Positions 54,626 to 64,000 of a DNA stretch of 64,000 bases are shown here, in pieces. Below the pieces are notes generated by a model that was not told the origin of the DNA, searched no databases, and saw nothing but the letters and a program-made list of their open reading frames with translations. The first letter of the stretch is position 1. The number at the start of each line of letters is the position of its first letter. A program made the position numbers and the translations under genes. Origin of the DNA: Candidatus Poseidoniaceae archaeon (GTDB lineage Archaea; Thermoplasmatota; Poseidoniia; Poseidoniales; Poseidoniaceae); the NCBI GenBank assembly GCA_049623485.1, contig JBMZTB010000002.1, forward strand, positions 8,446-72,445, read 5' to 3'.

Positions 54626-54745
54626 TATCTTCCTCCCCAATACATCCCATGGGTTGCTGTCTTGAATCAGTTTCTCTCTAATTTATTGAAACCATATCGT
54701 CGGTGAGTTGAAAGTCTGTGTCTCAAGCGATAGGTTGGGGGCGCA

Positions 54746-57700
54746 ATGCAAGAAACATATCTCGCGGCTTGTCTTGAAGCAGGATTCAAGACAATTAAAT
54801 CGCGACGCCTCAGCACTGTGGGCAAATGCCCAGAGTTTACTCTTCTCGAAAAACCTTGGAAAGACTTGGTAAAACTAGCTGTTTTGGAAACAGAACTACC
54901 TGGTCAGGATGAAGAGGGTGAAACCATCACAACCTCCCCGCGTTTCAGGCGTGGACGGCGTAGAGGTAAGCAACAATCAACGATTGCAACACCTGAAGAG
55001 ATTGCTGCAATGGAATCCGAATCTCCGGCACTTCGCTTCGCATTGATTTTGGTAAACAAACTCCTTCATGCTGATCAGTGGTCGGAAGAAGAGAGTGGTG
55101 ATTTAGAAAAAGAATTGAGAAATTCCTGTCTGAATCAAGGGGTTCACCCAGTATGGCATGAGATGGCGAAGCGATGCGATTTGTTTGGGCAGTTTTCAGC
55201 GTGTCCTATTGCAGATGTAAAATCGAGTGATGTCAAGGCGGGATTGAAACTGTCTGCCATATCAATCGATCCATACAATATTTCTTCCTGTCTTGATGTT
55301 TTCAAATCTGTACCAGAATCGAGTTTTACCGCTGAAGAATTGGTCGCCATGAAGCGATTAATCAAGCGTCTTTCTTCAGGAAAATGGCCTAACACTGATA
55401 GAATTCTGTTGGATTTTGAAGGAGAACTTTCACTTATATCTCTCTTAATCGCAATGAATACGAATGAAGACATTGATTTGATTTTCGATAGGATTCATGG
55501 TGTGGAGAGTATCCAGGGTGCCCGATATCAATTGATTCATAATTTAACAAAGAGCAGTATTGACTGGAATGATGAACTTCTCGTCCAGGACGATGATGAG
55601 TTGGGCAATGCGATTTTAGAAGCAATTTGGACAAATGGACCAATCGATGAAATGAATCCTTCAACCGAACAACTCGAAATTGGGCTTTCAATTCTTCTTG
55701 GCCAACAAGCCCTAACTCAGCGCGTAGGTGCAGTTCGCTGGAAGATGTTGCAATCCTATGTAGCAGAAGGTCGCAAGGAAGATGCCTTGACAGTCATTGG
55801 AACGATTAATTTAGAGCAAGAATCCGATGCATCAGAACTCCTTCCTCTCTTGGTACAACTTGACAACCCAGATGCCTACGGTTGGTTGGCTAAAAACATT
55901 GAAAACATCGATGAAGGCGGCCTTATTTCCATTGCCAGAGAAGAACAAATCCCTCTCGATATACGTTCGAAATCTCTTGTTCTTCTCAAGCAAATGAACG
56001 GTGAAGGGTGGCAAGAATCACAGGCGATTTCAGTTCAAGTTTTCTTACAGTCAATGGACTTGGAGAATCTTTCTGATATGCTTCTTAACAATCCATTAGC
56101 TATCCTTTCGCATCCATATGAAACACTTCTTATCGCTCATCTTCTCTCAGCTTCACATCCTGAAGAGGTTTGGAAGCAAGCAAGATCTGCGAGAAAAGAT
56201 GCTTTGCAAAACATTCACAGTTCAGAACTACCGCAACAAATGAGCGATGATGAGCACAAACTTCTGCTTCTCCTCGAAGGGCGGATTGACAAGGCAGTGA
56301 GCAATGTCGAATTGGGCATGTCTCTCGGAAAAAGCGGATTAAAAGCAATGAATCAAATTGTCAAGGCACTTTCTTCTGGTGGATCGCACTTGGTTGATGA
56401 AACGCAATTAGGCAATCTCGCTGAAGCTCTTAGCGATGCAGATACGACTCCACTCGCCAGAGCACTCCTTTCAACAATCATTTCTAAACTTCGATTGAAT
56501 AATGCCCGTCTTTCATTGGAAAACGGAGAGGCTATGGATGGAGTAATTGGTTTGTTAGAAACAGTTCTGCAACAACAGGATGTTCCGTTCACAATTATTG
56601 ACGGCGTTCGCCAACTGATGTATGAATTCGATCTTGGTATTCAAGGACTGGTTCAATGGTATCAAAGCGCTCACCAACGCTCTATCTGGGCACTCCTGTC
56701 CCAGGCAACTCTCCAAGCATCCGAAGGAAAGAATTTGAGCGCTGCTCGTCTGTTCAAGCGAGCTGCTGATTCAAAGAAATTTGATTATGATGAAGAGATT
56801 ATGCTGTATAGGAAGGCCTTGATTCATCTCGCCTTTGATCGCAAGTGGGGCGAGGCTAAGCAACTCCTTTCAGATCATCCAAACCTCAGAGCGGCAATTA
56901 CAAAGCGATTCCAACTTTATCTCGATGTATCGCATCAAGCCTCAATTCAAGAGACAGAAAAAGCAACATCAATGCTGAAAAGTTTCGTTAAAACAACCGA
57001 AACAACGACTGAAGAAACAGAAGAGGGAACGCGTACTCGAACGCGTACAATCTACAAAGAAGATGAACTAGACCTGCTTCATTCCTACCCTGATGAACAT
57101 CCAAAACCACTTCCGAGTGAACCATTCACGGGAAGAATCCTTGCAGCAACGAATGCACTTCAAAGAAACCGAAGAACACAGAGTTCTAAATCATTCGATC
57201 GTCGTTATCGTGACATTATGCACATGCATTCTCCAGACCCTGTGGAGATTCACACATTGGCCGATCAAGCAAGTGAATCCTCTCCTCTTGATGCTCTGCG
57301 AATTTTAGAACGTGCGCAATTATCTGGCCGCTTCCCTGACAAAAACAAAGCGTTTGCAAACCTTGAATTGATGCTCTTCAGAAGACATCAAACAAGCATC
57401 AAAACCTCGGATCGCCGCTACCTGCGGAATCTACCACTCAAGCCCCTTGTTTTGGTTGATACGAATATTGTCATTGATGCTCTCTATCAACGCATACAAG
57501 AGAAACTCAACCGTTCAAATCATTTTGAAGATTCGACGAATCAACGATCACACTTCGCTCGATATCTCCTTCATTTGGCACAAAATAATCGGGTTGATTT
57601 ATGGCTCCCAGAAGTCGTTCGAGGAGAGATTCGAAACATCGCTCGGTCGATGGGAGATGTCAGAAAGCGCTTCGATAATTCCTTCATTGAGTCCGAAACA

Positions 57701-58132
57701 CTGGATTCGACTCTAACCTCCGATATCATCGAGATTATGGTGGAAGAATTGATTGGTGAATTTTCAACTTGGAACGGTTCGAGTGAAGAATTTGAAACCG
57801 ATTCAAATGAGGAAGAATTGAAGAATGAAATGACAACTTTCTTGATTGAGCACGAAGAAATCTTTGACGAACTTACTCAGATGAAAGAGTTCTATGGGGA
57901 TGCAGCCCACCGAACTGATTTGAAAGGAAGAAAAATCTATCCTGAGAAACCAGATCTAATGATCATGAAGTATGCAGCAGTATTATCAAGCCGCCCAATC
58001 GATAATGTGGGTGCAATTATCGTTGCAACCCATGACGGCGATTTCACTGTTGTTGCAAGAGCGTTTGAAGAACGGTTTGGCTTCGGAATTGCCAAAAATA
58101 GCCGTACGCTATCACCTTGGCTTCGTTCATGA
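54746..58132 (+). CDS. Large helical-repeat protein with C-terminal PIN-like nuclease domain
   Basis: About 890 aa of predicted helical sequence with no motif I recognise. A PIN-like domain follows from about 57443: LVLVDTNIVIDAL, LWLPEVVRGEI, PDLMIMKYAAVL and IIVATHDGDF supply the four acidic positions, with an acidic insertion of about 100 aa. Confidence 0.65.
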   Translation: MQETYLAACLEAGFKTIKSRRLSTVGKCPEFTLLEKPWKDLVKLAVLETELPGQDEEGETITTSPRFRRGRRRGKQQSTIATPEEIAAMESESPALRFALILVNKLLHADQWSEEESGDLEKELRNSCLNQGVHPVWHEMAKRCDLFGQFSACPIADVKSSDVKAGLKLSAISIDPYNISSCLDVFKSVPESSFTAEELVAMKRLIKRLSSGKWPNTDRILLDFEGELSLISLLIAMNTNEDIDLIFDRIHGVESIQGARYQLIHNLTKSSIDWNDELLVQDDDELGNAILEAIWTNGPIDEMNPSTEQLEIGLSILLGQQALTQRVGAVRWKMLQSYVAEGRKEDALTVIGTINLEQESDASELLPLLVQLDNPDAYGWLAKNIENIDEGGLISIAREEQIPLDIRSKSLVLLKQMNGEGWQESQAISVQVFLQSMDLENLSDMLLNNPLAILSHPYETLLIAHLLSASHPEEVWKQARSARKDALQNIHSSELPQQMSDDEHKLLLLLEGRIDKAVSNVELGMSLGKSGLKAMNQIVKALSSGGSHLVDETQLGNLAEALSDADTTPLARALLSTIISKLRLNNARLSLENGEAMDGVIGLLETVLQQQDVPFTIIDGVRQLMYEFDLGIQGLVQWYQSAHQRSIWALLSQATLQASEGKNLSAARLFKRAADSKKFDYDEEIMLYRKALIHLAFDRKWGEAKQLLSDHPNLRAAITKRFQLYLDVSHQASIQETEKATSMLKSFVKTTETTTEETEEGTRTRTRTIYKEDELDLLHSYPDEHPKPLPSEPFTGRILAATNALQRNRRTQSSKSFDRRYRDIMHMHSPDPVEIHTLADQASESSPLDALRILERAQLSGRFPDKNKAFANLELMLFRRHQTSIKTSDRRYLRNLPLKPLVLVDTNIVIDALYQRIQEKLNRSNHFEDSTNQRSHFARYLLHLAQNNRVDLWLPEVVRGEIRNIARSMGDVRKRFDNSFIESETLDSTLTSDIIEIMVEELIGEFSTWNGSSEEFETDSNEEELKNEMTTFLIEHEEIFDELTQMKEFYGDAAHRTDLKGRKIYPEKPDLMIMKYAAVLSSRPIDNVGAIIVATHDGDFTVVARAFEERFGFGIAKNSRTLSPWLRS

Positions 58133-58157
58133 AGTCACTAGCAGTTGTTGTTCATCT

Positions 58158-59393
58158 TCACATGTGAGCGATTAGAGCATCGCCAAAGTCTGAACAAGAC
58201 ATAAGCGTTGCATCATCCATAAGTCGTTCAAAGTCGTAAGTAACCGTTTTTGCGCTGATTGCACCTTCCATACCCTTGACGATAAGATCTGCAGCCTCAG
58301 ACCATCCCATGTGCCGTAGCATCATCTCTGCAGAGAGGATAAGAGACCCTGGGTTGACTTTGTTTTGACCAGCATACTTTGGAGCAGTTCCGTGTGTAGC
58401 CTCAAAGATTGAGATGCCTGTATCGTAGTTGATGTTAGCGCCGGGGGCAATTCCAATGCCTCCCACTTGAGCTGCTAGAGCGTCAGAGATGTAATCTCCA
58501 TTGAGATTCATTGTAGCAAGAACACCGTATTCAGCAGGTCGTGTGATAATTTGCTGAAGCATTGCATCAGCAATAACGTCCTTGATTATGATAGTGTTCC
58601 CTGTAACAGGATTTGTCATTGTACACCAAGGGCCACCGTCCAGTTCAACAGCTCCGAATTCTTTCTTAGCGAGTTGATATCCCCAATCTCTGAATCCGCC
58701 TTCTGTGAATTTCATGATGTTGCCCTTGTGGACAAGTGTAACACTGTCTTTGTCGTTATCGATTGCATATTGGAATGCAGCACGAACGATGCGGTTTGTC
58801 CCTTCTTGACTGATTGGCTTAATTCCGATGCCCGAGGTGTTCGGGAATCGGATTTTGTCGACGCCCATTTCGTTTGTGAGGAAATCAATGAGTTTCTTGA
58901 CTCCTTCAGATCCCGCTTCCCATTCAATTCCTGCATAAACGTCTTCACTGTTTTCTCGGAAGATGATCATATCTACATCCCCTGGTGCCTTGACTGGAGA
59001 TGGTGTTCCATCATACCAGCGAACTGGTCGTACGCAAGCAAAGAGGTCGAGTTTTTGTCGAAGAGCAACATTGAGCGAACGTATTCCGCCTCCAACAGGG
59101 GTTGTAAGAGGTCCTTTGATTGAGACTAAACCGGTTCGCATAGCATCAAGAGTTGCTTCTGGCAACCATTCACCAGTTGCATTAAACGCCTTTTCACCAG
59201 CAAGAACTTCATTCCATGCAATGGTACGAGCACCGTTGTATGCTTTGTTGATGGAAGCATCCACAACAGCCTTCATGACAGGAGTAATATCGACTCCAAT
59301 TCCGTCTCCTTCGATGTAGTGAATAATTGGGTGGTCTGGGATGTGTAGTTTACCATCTTTCATGACAATAGGTGTTCCGCTCATAGTTCTCAT
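58158..59393 (-). CDS. icd: Isocitrate dehydrogenase (NADP)
   Basis: [76 protein letters not shown] and [11 protein letters not shown]. Confidence 0.93.
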   Translation of the reverse strand: MRTMSGTPIVMKDGKLHIPDHPIIHYIEGDGIGVDITPVMKAVVDASINKAYNGARTIAWNEVLAGEKAFNATGEWLPEATLDAMRTGLVSIKGPLTTPVGGGIRSLNVALRQKLDLFACVRPVRWYDGTPSPVKAPGDVDMIIFRENSEDVYAGIEWEAGSEGVKKLIDFLTNEMGVDKIRFPNTSGIGIKPISQEGTNRIVRAAFQYAIDNDKDSVTLVHKGNIMKFTEGGFRDWGYQLAKKEFGAVELDGGPWCTMTNPVTGNTIIIKDVIADAMLQQIITRPAEYGVLATMNLNGDYISDALAAQVGGIGIAPGANINYDTGISIFEATHGTAPKYAGQNKVNPGSLILSAEMMLRHMGWSEAADLIVKGMEGAISAKTVTYDFERLMDDATLMSCSDFGDALIAHM

Positions 59394-59442
59394 AACGTCC
59401 GACCAATAACCACTTCAAGAACCAACCGACGCGGTAGTTTCT

Positions 59443-59823
59443 ATGAGAGGCAGTGTATATTGGGCCGGAGGCACTAAATTGAGATGTGAAAATCAACACA
59501 AACAAAGCATTGATGTGGATTGGGAAGATGGTCCAAATCCAGTTCAGATTCTCCTTCAAATGGTGGCGGCATGTTCAATTGTTGATGTCGTAACAGGTCT
59601 GAAAAATCGTGAGTTTGGGAACGTATGGATCGATATGGATTCAGAGCGAAGAAAGGAACAACCGCGGTCATTCACAAAGATGCACTTTGTGTACAATGTA
59701 GAAGGCAATGTGCCTGAGAAACTCGTACGAAGAACAATCGAAAAATCCCATGAGAAGTATTGCTCAGTGTCGAATACAATCAACGACAAGGTTGAGATCA
59801 CTTGGGACTTGATTTTACATTGA
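59443..59823 (+). CDS. OsmC/Ohr-family peroxiredoxin-like protein
   Basis: GPNPVQILLQMVAACSIVDVV and SHEKYCSVSNTI contain the two conserved Cys of the OsmC family; 126 aa. Confidence 0.75.
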   Translation: MRGSVYWAGGTKLRCENQHKQSIDVDWEDGPNPVQILLQMVAACSIVDVVTGLKNREFGNVWIDMDSERRKEQPRSFTKMHFVYNVEGNVPEKLVRRTIEKSHEKYCSVSNTINDKVEITWDLILH

Positions 59824-60411
59824 TCAGGCAATTTGGGCAGTTGCTTTGAGAGAATCCAACGCACTGCTGAGTGCTTGATGAAGCATCTTGTAGAGTGGAA
59901 GCCATTGTTTTGGGACTTTCTCTTCTTCTTCTACGATACTCAGTGAACCATTTTGCTGACGAACTCTAACACATGGTCGAATTTTTTTCTCATCTTGAAG
60001 TTTCACGAGAAGAGATAATCTGAATTCATCTTCTTGTGAGGTAACCCGTGCAGAATTGATGTCAACATCATTAGCAACCGCAGGAAGAACGCCTGCTGGG
60101 TCATCTGCGTGCTTTACAATGGCATGATGTGCAAGAACTTGCAGTAGGTCAGCAATCACATCTGAATCGAATGTGATTGATTCGTTAACCTCGTCTTCTC
60201 CGAGTAAAATTTGTTCAAGAGGATTCTTTTCTGTCTTAGAAAAGGAGTTGCTTGAAGAGAGCTCTTCGAAAATATTGATGTCATCTGCATCGAAGTCTGG
60301 TGTGATTGAGTCTGAGTTAAAATCCATGTTATCAACCAGTATTCGATACCATTCCCTTTTGAACTGTTGTTCGGAATGTGCTATGCATGAAAGGTTCAAA
60401 ACAGGGCGCAT
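59824..60411 (-). CDS. Acidic hypothetical protein
   Basis: 195 aa from ATG 60411, which avoids overlap with the divergent gene. It is D/E/S-rich (DFNSDSITPDFDADDINIFEELSSS) and has no motif I recognise. Confidence 0.4.
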   Translation of the reverse strand: MRPVLNLSCIAHSEQQFKREWYRILVDNMDFNSDSITPDFDADDINIFEELSSSNSFSKTEKNPLEQILLGEDEVNESITFDSDVIADLLQVLAHHAIVKHADDPAGVLPAVANDVDINSARVTSQEDEFRLSLLVKLQDEKKIRPCVRVRQQNGSLSIVEEEEKVPKQWLPLYKMLHQALSSALDSLKATAQIA

Positions 60412-60434
60412 AGTAGCGAATACAGGGGAGTTGT

Positions 60435-61043
60435 GTGAAAAAACAGTCAATACTCCTACTCACGATTCTTTTCGTGCCTTGGGTTAGTTCTGCCCCACAG
60501 GGAATTGGGGATGTTGGAGGCGGCGGTTGTATCTGCCATGGTTCCGAAGAGGCCTCAACAGAATTGATTATTCTTGGACTCCCAACCGAATTTGAATCAA
60601 ATACTTCGTACAACTTTTCCCTTGAAATCCGTTCTTCTGTTGTGAACATTTCACCTGGAGAAGAAGCTGGAGGCTTTAGAATTGAGATTTCAAGCGGAGA
60701 TATTGAATTCGATGAAGAACTCGGCTTTGTACAAAAACTCGAAGAGGGCTGGACTCATACAATTCTAGGAAACAAAGTACGTTCATGGAATTTCACTTAC
60801 ATTAGCCCAAGCGATAACAGCACTTACACCGATATCACAATCAACGGAAATGCGGTTAACGGAAATGATCAAAGTACCGGCGATGCATGGAATGGCACAA
60901 CAATTCGGATTCCTGGAACTTTGTTCACAGGAGATTTAGAGCCTTCAGAAAATACAGAATTCCTTGGAACGTTAGACTACGCTGTTGGAAGTGTAGCAAT
61001 TCTCGGATTACTCGCAATTGCGTTAGTAATCATCAAAGATTGA
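60435..61043 (+). CDS. Secreted, C-terminally anchored protein with GGGGCICHG motif (reeler-like beta-sandwich?)
   Basis: Signal peptide MKKQSILLLTILFVPWVSSA (GTG start), Cys-x-Cys-His motif, beta-rich middle, GDAWNG near the end, and a C-terminal TM helix AVGSVAILGLLAIALVII. Confidence 0.5.
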   Translation: MKKQSILLLTILFVPWVSSAPQGIGDVGGGGCICHGSEEASTELIILGLPTEFESNTSYNFSLEIRSSVVNISPGEEAGGFRIEISSGDIEFDEELGFVQKLEEGWTHTILGNKVRSWNFTYISPSDNSTYTDITINGNAVNGNDQSTGDAWNGTTIRIPGTLFTGDLEPSENTEFLGTLDYAVGSVAILGLLAIALVIIKD

Positions 61044-62180
61044 TTAGTTTACAAATTCAATAGTGCTGCTACGTAGGGCTTTGAGTTGACGAGTTTCTGA
61101 TGAGCCATGTATTTGTTCGCTCTTAACACCCGTAAGCACAAGCATAACCCGAATTTCATCATCAAGGGACTCGTCGATAGCAGTCCCCCAAATGATTTTC
61201 GCATGTGGAGAGATACGTTCTGTAATGATTTGAGCGCATCGCTCAGCCTCTCCAAGAGTTAGATTGTTGCCACCCACGACATTGATTAGTGCTCCTCTTG
61301 CATCACTGAAATCAAGATCAAGAAGTGGAGAATGTAGGGCCTCTAGTGTCGCTTCCTCTGCTCTTCCTGGACCCGAGCCAGCACCTAACCCAATCATTGC
61401 GACGCCTGCACCTGAATTGATGACGGATTTCAAATCTTCAAAGTCGAGATTAACCATTCCGTCACGTGTGAGCAGCTCAGTAACTCCGATAATAGATCGA
61501 ACCAAGAGTTCATCCCCTACTCTAAATGCGCTGGCGAGGGGCAAATCTTTGACGCCTTCTATTTCCAATAATTTTTCATTTGGAATAACAAGGATTGTAT
61601 CGCAATGCTCCCGGAGTCTTTCCAAACCCCATTCAGCGTTTTCGCGTCGGGTTGCACCCTCTGAGTTGAATGGATACGTCACAACTGCAATGGTCATAGC
61701 ACCCTGTTGTTTTGCCAAACGTGCGATGTGTCCTGCAGCACCAGTGCCAGAACCGCCTCCCATACCTGCTGCAATAATCGCAAGTTGGGTATCGGTGGTA
61801 ATTGTACGAAGAGACATTTCAGATTCCAATGCAGCGGCTTCTCCTTTTGTAGGATCTCCTCCCGCTCCACGACCTCTCGCCGTTCTACCAATGAGTATTT
61901 TATTCTCCAGTGGAGACATGAGTAAAGCTTGTGCATCTGTGTTTATTGCATATCCTGTGACGAATGAATTCCCAAACAGACCTTCGGCTTCAAGGCGGCC
62001 AACAGCGTTACAACCGGCTCCACCTACACCATAGACTCGAATTCTGGGCTGGAGAGATTCAAGCAGGGCTCGCAACTCTTCATCCGTTCCTTGGCCAGCG
62101 GGCTGAGGGGTTAACTGTGGTACAACTTCTTCATCGGAAAGTTCTAACACACGTTCGATCAAATGGCGCATGGCGTCCAT
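61044..62180 (-). CDS. ftsZ: Cell-division GTPase FtsZ
   Basis: VYGVGGAGCNAVGRL, INTDAQAL, the tubulin signature AGMGGGSGTGAAGHIA, GRGAGGDPTKG and VIPNEKLL. ATG 62180 is preferred over GTG 62222. Confidence 0.9.
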   Translation of the reverse strand: MDAMRHLIERVLELSDEEVVPQLTPQPAGQGTDEELRALLESLQPRIRVYGVGGAGCNAVGRLEAEGLFGNSFVTGYAINTDAQALLMSPLENKILIGRTARGRGAGGDPTKGEAAALESEMSLRTITTDTQLAIIAAGMGGGSGTGAAGHIARLAKQQGAMTIAVVTYPFNSEGATRRENAEWGLERLREHCDTILVIPNEKLLEIEGVKDLPLASAFRVGDELLVRSIIGVTELLTRDGMVNLDFEDLKSVINSGAGVAMIGLGAGSGPGRAEEATLEALHSPLLDLDFSDARGALINVVGGNNLTLGEAERCAQIITERISPHAKIIWGTAIDESLDDEIRVMLVLTGVKSEQIHGSSETRQLKALRSSTIEFVN

Positions 62181-62248
62181 CTTTGTTGATGGTAACTTGA
62201 ATGTATTCCTTCGTTTGTGCACGAAAGAGAGGTTTTGAAGACCTCTTT

Positions 62249-63286
62249 TCAGTCACGGAGTCCTTCTTGCGTGACCTGGTAAACACATTCTCCGTCAGGG
62301 AGGTTTGGAGAATCAACTAGGCGAGCAATACGTCGTCCACCCTTTGCCTTTCGCAAGTAAAGTCTGAACGTTGAAGCGTGAGCTAAGACGTGACCACCAA
62401 TAGGTTTGGTTGGATCGCCCCACATGGCATCAGGCTTGGAATGGACTTGGTTTGTAACGAGGACAAGAGCGTTGTTAATGTCGGCGAGTTGCTTGAGGTC
62501 CTTGAGGTGACGATTCAATTTTTGTTGCCTGTTTGCAAGCATTCCACGGCCGATAAACTCTGCTCGGAAATGGCTGGTCAGCGAATCGACAATAATCATC
62601 TTCACATTCAATCCTTTACTCATTCGCTTAATCTCTTCAGCGAGGAGCATCTGGTGAGCAGAGTTGTATGCTCTTGCAACGTGAATTCTGCTTAGGACTG
62701 CATCTGGATCTAAGCCGTGGCCTCGAGCCATCTGAGTTATTCGTTCAGGACGAAACGTGTCTTCTGTATCGATGTAAAACACATCTCCATCAAATCCACC
62801 TTCTTCGACTGGCATTGTGCAATTGACAGCGAGTTGATGGCCAATTTGGGTTTTTCCAGAACCAAATGCTCCGTACACCTCAACAAGTGCTTGAGTTTCA
62901 AACCCTCCTCCAAGCAAATCGTCAATTGATTGAACCTTGGATGAGAGTTTCTGTACTTCCCGTCGACGATCGAGGAGCGCAACACCTGAAACGAAACCAC
63001 CAATGTTTGCCATCTTCTTTGCAGCGTTGATGATCTTGCCGGCAACAGCCTCGCCAAGTTCAGCTTGCTCAGCCAAGTCCGCTGGGGACATGACTGCAAG
63101 AGCGAGTAACTCATCGAACCCTGCTTCTCTTAATTTTTCAGCAGTTGCTGGACCTACGCCAGGTAAGTCTTCAATTGAAACCTCGGGGGCTTCATCATCA
63201 ACGGCTGCCATCAAAATGTCCTCTTCTACAGTCAGACCTTCATCCTTCTTACTTGTTGTCTTTTTCTTTTTACTAGTTGTGCTCAT
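62249..63286 (-). CDS. radA: DNA repair and recombination protein RadA
   Basis: Hh[18 protein letters not shown], Walker [10 protein letters not shown], Walker [16 protein letters not shown], and VTNQV. It carries a Lys-rich N-terminal extension, [14 protein letters not shown]. Confidence 0.93.
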   Translation of the reverse strand: MSTTSKKKKTTSKKDEGLTVEEDILMAAVDDEAPEVSIEDLPGVGPATAEKLREAGFDELLALAVMSPADLAEQAELGEAVAGKIINAAKKMANIGGFVSGVALLDRRREVQKLSSKVQSIDDLLGGGFETQALVEVYGAFGSGKTQIGHQLAVNCTMPVEEGGFDGDVFYIDTEDTFRPERITQMARGHGLDPDAVLSRIHVARAYNSAHQMLLAEEIKRMSKGLNVKMIIVDSLTSHFRAEFIGRGMLANRQQKLNRHLKDLKQLADINNALVLVTNQVHSKPDAMWGDPTKPIGGHVLAHASTFRLYLRKAKGGRRIARLVDSPNLPDGECVYQVTQEGLRD

Positions 63287-63401
63287 TGTATCACTGCCTC
63301 AAACCAATGGCTGAGGGTATATCAATGAAGATTTGAGGGGAAAGAGGCGCAAAATTTGAAAATGTTATCTTCAATGAGTGCAGTATACGTGATTTCACTT
63401 T

Positions 63402-64000
63402 TCATTCACTTTCAGTTTGTGAATCTTCAGTTCCACTTTCGGTTGGGAATGGATTTACAGCACTTTCAGTTTGTTCGTACAAAATATCGATTACATGGTT
63501 CACATTGACTCTTTCTTGGTCAGTACTTTGGTCGAGTTGAACACTTAATTCATGCACTCCGCGTTCTGGGAAGTTTAAGCTAAACTCCCAAATTGCATCT
63601 TGGCCATCGGCTATTTGTTCTGTCTTCATGCCCTTGCTTTCTGCATTTGAATCCGTTAATTCCCAAGTGATGGTGATCGGGCTACCGCCAAGTCCTCCTA
63701 AGTTTTCGATATTTTCAACCGTTGATTTAATATGAAGAACTTTTGGAGTAGCGCCATCATTGTCAGGCTCAGTATTGATCGACATAACATCGGGTTCTGC
63801 ACTGTTCTGTTCACTCCATTCAATGTGCTGCTCTATTCGAACCATTACTGTCATGTTTTCCGAGTTTTCCTCAACATCAGTTGCAGTAAGAACTACTGAG
63901 AATAACCCATGAAGCTCATATTCGACATCAATACTTGCAGATTCGCCAGCATTAACTGTGATTGGGCTTCGTCCATCACCAGGCTCCAATGAAAATGTTG
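63402..64000 (-). CDS. 3' part of a secreted PKD/Ig-like repeat protein (continues beyond the window)
   Basis: The reading frame is open to position 64000. The PKD-like pattern is GDGRSPITVNAGESASIDVEYELHGLFSVVLTATDVEENS, followed by an acidic C-terminus. Confidence 0.5.
   Translation of the reverse strand, partial: TFSLEPGDGRSPITVNAGESASIDVEYELHGLFSVVLTATDVEENSENMTVMVRIEQHIEWSEQNSAEPDVMSINTEPDNDGATPKVLHIKSTVENIENLGGLGGSPITITWELTDSNAESKGMKTEQIADGQDAIWEFSLNFPERGVHELSVQLDQSTDQERVNVNHVIDILYEQTESAVNPFPTESGTEDSQTESE

Noticed and set aside
58551-59123. 190-aa and 118-aa plus-strand ORFs antisense to icd
   Set aside because: They are contained within a near-textbook isocitrate dehydrogenase gene and have no motifs.
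60490-60560. CICH motif as a c-type cytochrome haem-attachment site
   Set aside because: Covalent haem sites are CxxCH (or longer spacers). A single-residue spacer is not a known attachment motif.
61264-62034. 256-aa plus-strand ORF antisense to ftsZ
   Set aside because: The product is an A/P/S-rich low-complexity sequence with no motifs, and it overlaps a confidently identified FtsZ gene completely. This is a typical antisense shadow ORF.
1-64000. Search for rRNA, tRNA, CRISPR arrays, transposases/integrases and prophage genes
   Set aside because: No spacer-repeat periodicity was seen, and no tRNA-like GTTCGAATC T-arm occurs in any intergenic region. No recombinase or transposase motifs appear in any ORF, and all gaps are too short for rRNA.

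Overview
The window is a gene-dense (about 90% coding) chromosomal segment that reads as archaeal. It carries MCM, GatE, a TFB-like factor, RadA, FtsZ, two Pth2-type peptidyl-tRNA hydrolases and a RaSEA-like radical-SAM enzyme. GC content is moderate, the proteins are acidic, and there is one 2,755-aa surface protein. Together these suggest a marine planktonic euryarchaeote (Marine Group II / Thermoplasmatota-like); that is inference only, since no search was run.

The rest is central and biosynthetic metabolism: purM, ltaE, pip, psd, pabC-pabBA, pyk, maeB, icd, a PduO-type adenosyltransferase, OsmC, Nudix, DHH and rlmH. I found no rRNA, tRNA, CRISPR array, transposase or integrase. AGGTGA(T) Shine-Dalgarno-like motifs lie 3-5 nt upstream of several ATGs (8860, 25718, 28647, 28929). 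These, plus TATA-like boxes, were used to trim the N-terminal extensions in the ORF track.

Most noteworthy items:
- A translationally coupled AddB-like/AddA-like helicase-nuclease pair (15142-23786) in which both subunits carry Cas4/RecB-type Fe-S nuclease modules. This is unexpected in an archaeal RadA context.
- An 1128-aa helical-scaffold protein ending in a PIN nuclease domain.
- A secreted beta-propeller fused to a DUF4430-like domain, next to an S-component-like membrane protein. I propose it as a corrinoid-capture module.
- Tandem canonical and divergent Pth2 genes.
- A polytopic membrane protein with a C-terminal EF-hand pair.
- A 740-aa orphan protein with an N-terminal zinc ribbon.

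All functional calls rest on motifs read by eye. No database search was possible.
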